From Opitutia bacterium KCR 482 (GTDB lineage Bacteria; Verrucomicrobiota; Verrucomicrobiia; Opitutales; Intestinicryptomonadaceae): a stretch of 32,000 nucleotides of DNA. The position numbers and the translations under genes are program-made. How positions within the stretch are numbered: position 1 is the first letter of the stretch; each line of letters starts with the position of its first letter. Shown piece by piece: positions 26,654 to 32,000 of this stretch. The stretch is from NCBI GenBank assembly GCA_029269845.2, contig CP149973.1, positions 1,650,001-1,682,000 on the forward strand. The letters run 5' to 3'. The notes below the pieces were generated by a model, which saw only the letters and a program-made list of their open reading frames with translations, did not search any database and was not told the origin of the DNA.

Positions 26654-28468
26654 ATGTTTTTCAGATATTCAGCAGTCGCCGCGTTTATTCTCGCGGCGTG
26701 TTCGGCTTGGGCACAGGTGGCAACGCTTATCGAAACGCCGAAATCGGGCGCGGCAACGGAGCGCACGTACAAGCTCGAAAAGACCTCGGCGGACTCTTAC
26801 AGGCTCTTTATTCCGAGGTCGGACATTTCGCCCTCGGCGAAGTGTGTTGAAATTTCAACGGACTTCGCGCGGGCGAAGCGCGGCGACGCGGGGAGCATAA
26901 TTTTCTCGCGCGGCGAGATTGTCGATTTCGACGCGCCCGACGGCAGGGTGAATCTCGGAAGGTTCATTCTGCCTATTGTCGCCATGAAGACCGACAAATG
27001 CAATTTCTGGGCGCAGATAAAAACGCTCCGCAATGAGGCGTCATGCTGGCTCGAAGTCCGCAACGGCGTCTTCACCCCGTTTGTGCGCTACGACATTGCG
27101 GGCACGGGGTTCGGCGTGTACGACGACATCGTAATAGAATACAACATGCTTCCGAAAGACGCGGGCTATGTTGAAATCGGCAAGGCGTACCGCAAGAAGC
27201 TGCTCGACGCAGGGATTGTCCGCCCGCTCAAAGAGCGCATCAAGGAGCAGCCGTGGCTGGAATACATGGCGAAGTCCGTTCCCGTGCGCATTCAGTTCCA
27301 CGGCTCGAAAAAGCGTCAGGACAAAGATTTTACCCCCGAAACCGAGCCGCCTGTAATCCCCGTGCTCGACTTCAAAAAGTCGATAGCGTTTGTGGACGAG
27401 TTCAAGAAATGCGGAATCGGCGAAGTGACATTCTGCTCGGCGGGCTGGCAGAGCGGCGGCTACGACGGGCGTTTCCCCGACATCTTCCCGATTCCCGAAG
27501 AGCTGGGCGGCGAGGCGGCTTTGCGCGAGTTCATTGCGCACGTCAAAAAACTCGGATACAGAATCCACGCGCACACAAATTCCACCGACTGCTACACGTG
27601 TTCGCGCATGTGGAACGGCGGCGAGGTCGCGGCGAAGAACGTCAACGGCACTCCCCAGCGCGGGTACTTCTGGGGCGGCGGCAGGGCGTACAACCTGTGC
27701 GCAAAAAACGCGTACGAAAAATTCCTTCCCGACCAGCTCAAAAAAGTCCGCGACTTGGGCTTTCAGGCACCGCACTACATCGACGTGTTCTCGGCAGTTC
27801 CGCCCTACATGTGCGCCGACCCAAAGCACCCCGCCACGCGCGACGAAATGGGCGAAGTGCAGATTAAAATCGCAAAATTCTGCCAAAAGGAATTCGGCGG
27901 CTTTGCGAGCGAGGCCGGCTTCGACCACATCGCGGGGCAGCTCGACTATATCAACTATGTCAGCGGCAAGATGTCGAAGTGGTACAACTCGAAGGCGGGG
28001 CGCGAACCCAAGGGCACGTTCTTCGAAAAGCTTTCGCACTATGTAGACGGCTTTGTCCCGCTTTGGGAGATTGCCTACCACGGCATAATTTTGAGCAATC
28101 CAGACCGCTTTACGCAGAACCATACCACGGGCAAGGCGAAAACCGACGACAGCGGCGACCTTACCTTCAACAAGCGCGACGGCGTTCAGGATCCCTTTGC
28201 CACGCTCAAGCTTTTCGAATACGGCGGCAGGCCGATTTTCTATTCGAGCAATTTCGACGACGTTCCGCGAATCAAAAAGGCTTACGACGAATTTCTGCCC
28301 GTGCGCCACTTGCAGCTCGAATTCATGGAAGACCACAAGTATTTGACGCCCGACGTTACCATGACGGTCTTCGGCAACGGCGAAAAGATTGTCTGCAACT
28401 ACGGCAAAACTCCCTACGTCTACAAAGGCAAAACCGTAGCCCCCATGAAGTATTTGCTGACGAAGTAG
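26654..28468 (+). CDS. Secreted or lipoprotein hypothetical protein, possibly a TIM-barrel glycoside-hydrolase-like enzyme (DUF5696-like, from memory only)
   Basis: AAGGGGA lies 5-6 nt upstream of ATG 26654. The signal peptide MFFRYSAVAAFILAACSAWAQ includes a possible LAAC lipobox. The central region (FCSAGWQSGGYDGRFPDIFP, YRIHAHTNSTD, APHYIDVFS, FASEAGFDH) alternates hydrophobic strands with conserved acid/His positions like a sugar-active barrel. It is divergent from the AraC gene. The functional call is weak. Confidence 0.7.
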   Translation: MFFRYSAVAAFILAACSAWAQVATLIETPKSGAATERTYKLEKTSADSYRLFIPRSDISPSAKCVEISTDFARAKRGDAGSIIFSRGEIVDFDAPDGRVNLGRFILPIVAMKTDKCNFWAQIKTLRNEASCWLEVRNGVFTPFVRYDIAGTGFGVYDDIVIEYNMLPKDAGYVEIGKAYRKKLLDAGIVRPLKERIKEQPWLEYMAKSVPVRIQFHGSKKRQDKDFTPETEPPVIPVLDFKKSIAFVDEFKKCGIGEVTFCSAGWQSGGYDGRFPDIFPIPEELGGEAALREFIAHVKKLGYRIHAHTNSTDCYTCSRMWNGGEVAAKNVNGTPQRGYFWGGGRAYNLCAKNAYEKFLPDQLKKVRDLGFQAPHYIDVFSAVPPYMCADPKHPATRDEMGEVQIKIAKFCQKEFGGFASEAGFDHIAGQLDYINYVSGKMSKWYNSKAGREPKGTFFEKLSHYVDGFVPLWEIAYHGIILSNPDRFTQNHTTGKAKTDDSGDLTFNKRDGVQDPFATLKLFEYGGRPIFYSSNFDDVPRIKKAYDEFLPVRHLQLEFMEDHKYLTPDVTMTVFGNGEKIVCNYGKTPYVYKGKTVAPMKYLLTK

Positions 28469-28512
28469 CGGCGGCTTGCGCGGCGCGGAAGACTCGCCAC
28501 GCGCTTCCGGCG

Positions 28513-28551
28513 AAAAAACGCCCGAATCCTTGCGGATTCGGGCGTTTTTTT
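28513..28551. terminator. Bidirectional rho-independent terminator between the convergent secreted-protein gene and the sigma factor gene
   Basis: AAAAAA-CGCCCGAATCC-TTGC-GGATTCGGGCG-TTTTTTT. The stem is a perfect 11 bp. Confidence 0.85.
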
Positions 28552-28591
28552 CTGCGGGGAAATTTTCCCGAAATTTGCGCGTTTCGCGCGT

Positions 28592-29332
28592 TTAATTCGT
28601 AAATTTGGGGCGGAGCGAGCTTAACGCCTGCGAGTGTATTTGGCAGATACGGGCTTCGGTCAGCCCGAATTCGCGGGCGATTTCGCCGAGCTTTTTTTCG
28701 CCGAAATAGTAGCCCTCCAACACGCGCCTCTGCTTTTCGGGGAGCGCGGCTACGCAGCGTCGGATTTCGGCGGCGGTCTCCTTGCGTTCAAGCTCTTCGC
28801 GGGCGGTCGTCGCGTTTTCGTCGGCGATGGACTCCGAAAACGACGGCGTTTGGGAGTCGTCGGAGTTTCCCGCTGCGTCGTTTAGCGAAACGAAAGAGTA
28901 GGCTTGGGTGCGGCGCATGATTTTGTCGAACTGTTTGCGGGTTGCGCCAATTTCGGCGCGGACTTCCTCGTCGGTGGCGGTTCTGCCGAAGCGTTGTTCG
29001 AGGTCGGAGCGCGTCTTTTCGATATTTTTTGCGTCGGCGCGTGCGGAGCGCGACATGTAGTCCAAATCGCGAAGCTCGTCGATTATCGCGCCGCGAATGC
29101 GCGTGGAGACGTATCCGCCGAAGCTTTCCTCTCGTTCGGGGTCGAGCCGTCTCACGGCGTCGGCGAGTCCCGAAACCCCCGCCGAGTGGAGCTCGTCCAA
29201 ATCGGCGTGCGCGGGCAGCTTTGCGCGCATGGAGTTCACCACTTTGTCCACAAGCGGATAGTATTTGACGAACAATGATTTCTGCTTTTTGTTGAGTACG
29301 TTTGTCTGTTTTTCGCATGTCGTTGAAACCAT
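28592..29332 (-). CDS. fliA: RNA polymerase sigma factor, sigma-28 (FliA/WhiG) subfamily
   Basis: Region 2 block LDELHSAGVSGLADAVRRLDPEREESFGGYVSTRIRGAIIDELRDLDYMSRSAR is colinear with E. coli FliA (..[25 protein letters not shown]). Region 4 block LPEKQRRVLEGYYFGEKKLGEIAREFGLTEARICQIHSQALSSLR matches FliA ..ESRVSQLHSQAIKRLR. Confidence 0.85.
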   Translation of the reverse strand: MVSTTCEKQTNVLNKKQKSLFVKYYPLVDKVVNSMRAKLPAHADLDELHSAGVSGLADAVRRLDPEREESFGGYVSTRIRGAIIDELRDLDYMSRSARADAKNIEKTRSDLEQRFGRTATDEEVRAEIGATRKQFDKIMRRTQAYSFVSLNDAAGNSDDSQTPSFSESIADENATTAREELERKETAAEIRRCVAALPEKQRRVLEGYYFGEKKLGEIAREFGLTEARICQIHSQALSSLRPKFTN

Positions 29333-29427
29333 GTCTGTTTTCGGGATAATCCCGCCTCCGCTTGGGGTTGATATGTGTGGTTTGTCTTTTACATATCAGA
29401 TTTTATGCCAGGCGTGCGGATATCGCA

Positions 29428-29625
29428 AATTCGGGCGTATGTTTTTGATATTTAGCGCGAATGCGCATTTTATCGCTTCGGGCGAATGTGCCATTCGGGC
29501 GGAAATGTGGGACATTTTTTCCCGCCTTTCATTTCGTCGCGGCGGGGTGTTTTTTTTTGCGGCGCGGCGGAAATGTTGTTGAAATCGGGCGGCGGAATTT
29601 TTTATATTCAAACGAATGCGGCATT
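29428..29625. promoter_or_regulatory. Cluster of AATG..CATT palindromes and TCGGGCG repeats in the fliA / namZ-like divergent intergenic region
   Basis: Palindromes: AATGCGCATT (29460..29469, perfect), CGAATG-TGC-CATTCG (29483..29497) and AATGC-G-GCATT (29615..29625). TCGGGCG occurs at 29431, 29478, 29495 and 29585, each followed by an (A)ATG-like or GGAA(A)T element. GGCGGAAATGT occurs at about 29498 and 29566. Confidence 0.35.
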
Positions 29626-29689
29626 GTCCGCGCGCGTTAGGGTTGGGCGTTTTGCGCCGCCCGTCGCGGAATTTTTCAAGGAGGCTTTA

Positions 29690-30973
29690 ATGAGGGGCGT
29701 TTTTTTACTTGTTTTGACGTTTATATCGGCGGCGGTTCTGCCGCTCGCGTGCGGGGCTGCGCCGCTCAAACGGCAGGCGGCTTCGACCGCGCCGCGCGTA
29801 ATGCTTGGAATCGACGTTTTGGAGGCATCGGGTTTTGCGCAGTTGAAGGGCAAGAGGGTCGGGCTGTTGACCCACCCCGCGGGCGTCAACAGATACGGGG
29901 TGAGCACCGTGGACGTTCTTCGCCGCGCAAAGAGCGTGCGGCTTGTCGCGCTCTTCGGCCCAGAGCACGGAATCTACGGCGACGAAAAGGCGGACGTTCC
30001 AGTTCTCGACAAAATCGACAAACGCACGGGGCTTCCCGTCTATTCGCTCTACGGAAAGTACCGCAAGCCGACGCCCGAAATGCTCAAAAAAATCGACGTG
30101 CTGGTTGTGGATTTGCAGACGCTCGGCGTGCGTTCGTACACATTCAAAAGCTGCATGCTCCGCGCGATGGAGGCGTGTTTCGAGCAGGGCAGGGAAATCA
30201 TGGTTCTCGACCGCCCGAACCCGCTCGGCGGGCTGAAAGTGGACGGCCCGCCGCTCGACGCAAAGTTCAAGAGCTATGTGGGGCTTTTCCAAGTGCCGTA
30301 TGTCCACGGCATGACGATTGGCGAGCTTGCCCGCATGGCTAAGGGAACTGCGGGCATGATGGAGATAACTTCCAAACAGCAGCGGGCGGGCAAACTCACG
30401 GTGATTCCCATGCGCGGCTGGACGCGCTCGATGCTCTGGAAAGACACGGGGCTTCGCTGGGTTCCGACAAGCCCCGCCGTGCCGACTTTCGCGGCGGCGG
30501 TCGGATACTCCATGACGGGCTTGGGCTGCCAAATAGGAGGATTCCAACACGGCTACGGCACGGGCTATCCGTTCAGAATGCTAACGTTTCCGTCGAAAAC
30601 TCCGCGCCAGATTGAGGCTGAATTGCGGCGGTATCCGATTCGCGGCGTCTCCTACGTTCCCGTCTCCACGCGCGACCAGAAAGGCAGGAAAGTCGAGGGC
30701 TTGTACGTCGTTGCCGACTGGAACACCGTGCGTCCCACAGAAATCAGCTTCTACATGATGAAGGCGGCGTGCCGCTTCAACGGCGGAAACGTCTTCGCAA
30801 AGGCGTCGAAAAACAACGCGCTGCTTTTCAACAAACACGTAGGCTCGCAGGAGTGGTGGAACGAAATTTCCCGAAAGGGCGCGTCGGCGGACGTTTCGAA
30901 ATTCGTGGAAAAGTGGTCGAAGCAGGCGGCGGAATTTCAAAAGGCGACGGCGAGATTTCGCCTGTACAAATAG
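29690..30973 (+). CDS. DUF1343 family protein (YbbC/NamZ-like exo-beta-N-acetylmuramidase family), secreted
   Basis: AAGGAGG lies 6 nt upstream of ATG 29690. Signal-like N-terminus [25 protein letters not shown]. Family-typical blocks [32 protein letters not shown] and [18 protein letters not shown]. The track start at 29486 adds an improbable leader. Confidence 0.82.
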   Translation: MRGVFLLVLTFISAAVLPLACGAAPLKRQAASTAPRVMLGIDVLEASGFAQLKGKRVGLLTHPAGVNRYGVSTVDVLRRAKSVRLVALFGPEHGIYGDEKADVPVLDKIDKRTGLPVYSLYGKYRKPTPEMLKKIDVLVVDLQTLGVRSYTFKSCMLRAMEACFEQGREIMVLDRPNPLGGLKVDGPPLDAKFKSYVGLFQVPYVHGMTIGELARMAKGTAGMMEITSKQQRAGKLTVIPMRGWTRSMLWKDTGLRWVPTSPAVPTFAAAVGYSMTGLGCQIGGFQHGYGTGYPFRMLTFPSKTPRQIEAELRRYPIRGVSYVPVSTRDQKGRKVEGLYVVADWNTVRPTEISFYMMKAACRFNGGNVFAKASKNNALLFNKHVGSQEWWNEISRKGASADVSKFVEKWSKQAAEFQKATARFRLYK

Positions 30974-31083
30974 GTCAGCACAGTAGAAAACGCGCGGGGG
31001 GCTTGGGAGTCTGTCCGCGCGGGCGCGGGGCATGCCGTTCCCAAAGGGCGTTCGGAATCGCGCGGGCGTTGTCCGAAAGGCGC

Positions 31084-31113
31084 GTCGGCGCGGGGCTTGC
31101 GCGGCGGCTTTTT
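31084..31113 (+). terminator. Possible rho-independent terminator downstream of the DUF1343 gene
   Basis: GTCGGCGCG-GGGCTTG-CGCGGCGGC-TTTTT. The stem is 9 bp with one G-G mismatch and one G-U pair, followed by a 5-T tail. It lies 110 nt after the stop codon. Confidence 0.45.
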
Positions 31114-31258
31114 AGGCGTCGGAGATTTTTTTCCGAAAGGCTGTCGGGGCGCGTTGCGGAAGCTCCGGATTTAGCTCCATTTTTTGCTTTAAAAGCGCGG
31201 CAAAAAATGCGCTAATTATAGGCATAATTCGCCGTGAGGCGCGGAAAGGTTCTATAAA

Positions 31259-31987
31259 ATGCGTATACAAAAATACATTTCGCAGTGCGGGGTTTGCTCG
31301 CGCCGCGAAGCCGAACGTAAAATTTTGGAGGGCGATGTCGAGGTAAACGGCGTTCCCGCCGAAATCGGTCAGGACGTAAATCCCGAAGCCGACAAGGTGT
31401 CGGTTGACGGCGCGCTCGTGCGCGGAATCGTCGAAGACAAGGTTGTTCTTGCGATGAACAAGCCCAAGGGCTACATCTGTTCGAACGGCGACCCGTTCAA
31501 GGCGCAGACGGTCTTCGACCTGCTTCCCGAACCTTTCGCCTCGATGAAGCTTTTTTGCTGCGGCAGGCTCGACAAAAATTCGCAGGGGCTGCTGCTTCTC
31601 ACAAACGACGGCGACTTGGCGAACAAAATCACCCACCCGTCGAGCGGCGTAGTCAAACGCTACCATGTGCTGCTCAACCGCGACTTGGACGCGAAAATCA
31701 TACCCGTGCTCCTGCGCGGCGTGCTTTGCGACGGCGAAAAGCTCAAAGCCTCGAAAATCATTCCCGACAGCTCGAATCTTTCGGACTCTCCGCGCCGCGT
31801 GGAGGTCTGGCTCAATCAGGGGCGCAAGCGCGAAATCCGCAGAATGTTCGAGGCAATGGGCTACTTCGTCAAGGAGCTTAAACGCTACCAGATAGGCGGG
31901 CTTGTTCTCAAACGCATTCCTGAGGGCGCGGTAAAGATTCTCGGAAAGGCGGACATCGAAAAAATATTTTCAAACCGACACCAATAA
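31259..31987 (+). CDS. RsuA/RluB-family rRNA pseudouridine synthase (S4 domain plus catalytic domain)
   Basis: S4-like N-terminus MRIQKYISQCGVCSRREAERKILEGDVEVNG. Catalytic motif CCGRLDKNSQGLLLLTNDG with the conserved Asp, then KRYHVLL and GRKREIRRMFEAMG. Confidence 0.9.
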   Translation: MRIQKYISQCGVCSRREAERKILEGDVEVNGVPAEIGQDVNPEADKVSVDGALVRGIVEDKVVLAMNKPKGYICSNGDPFKAQTVFDLLPEPFASMKLFCCGRLDKNSQGLLLLTNDGDLANKITHPSSGVVKRYHVLLNRDLDAKIIPVLLRGVLCDGEKLKASKIIPDSSNLSDSPRRVEVWLNQGRKREIRRMFEAMGYFVKELKRYQIGGLVLKRIPEGAVKILGKADIEKIFSNRHQ

Positions 31988-32000
31988 AAGGGAGACTTTC

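Noticed and set aside
29265-29611. Small ORFs in the fliA upstream region (105 aa on +, 71 aa on -), considered as possible FlgM-like anti-sigma candidates
   Set aside because: There is no RBS, the composition is odd (Cys/Phe-rich or highly basic), they overlap each other and the repeat/palindrome cluster, and nothing resembles FlgM.
30974-31083. GC-rich 110-nt stretch after the DUF1343 gene, with the inverted repeat ACGCGCGG..CCGCGCG, as a possible ncRNA
   Set aside because: It has only one short stem and no conserved motif I recognise. It is most simply the 3' UTR leading to the weak terminator at 31084..31113.

Overview
GC-rich bacterial chromosomal window, densely coding, with no rRNA, tRNA, CRISPR, transposase, integrase or phage genes that I could see. 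The taxon cannot be assigned from sequence alone.

A housekeeping core occupies about 6.7-22 kb and is recognisable from classic motifs:
- LivK-like solute-binding lipoprotein, ComEC, TilS and FtsH on the + strand
- a Tsr3/DTW-like gene on the - strand
- icd, a PfkB kinase, proA and one unknown membrane protein on the + strand
- queC and mtaB on the - strand
- a Na/Pi cotransporter on the + strand

Two less conventional regions flank this core.

(1) Positions 1-6.6 kb hold four co-directional unknown genes. Three are divergent tandem paralogues of a family I cannot name, and two of those carry an N-terminal membrane anchor. The fourth is a secreted, helix-rich protein. A tandemly duplicated 77-bp hairpin module follows, beginning at that gene's last two sense codons and stop codon. 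A terminator lies about 300 nt downstream of the stop.

(2) Positions 22-31 kb contain:
- an isolated GspL/GspM-like (or PilN/PilO-like) pair
- a 30-bp tandem array that is visibly a repeated copy of the 3' end and stop codon of the convergent acyl-CoA/ACP synthetase gene
- an AraC regulator co-oriented with that synthetase and divergent from a large secreted hydrolase-like protein
- an orphan sigma-28 (FliA-type) factor with a 357-bp motif-rich and palindrome-rich upstream region
- a DUF1343/NamZ-like gene
- an RsuA-family pseudouridine synthase

The best candidate for an undescribed system is the 67-6243 paralogue cluster plus its structured tail. All functional ideas about it are inference from motif-level reading only.
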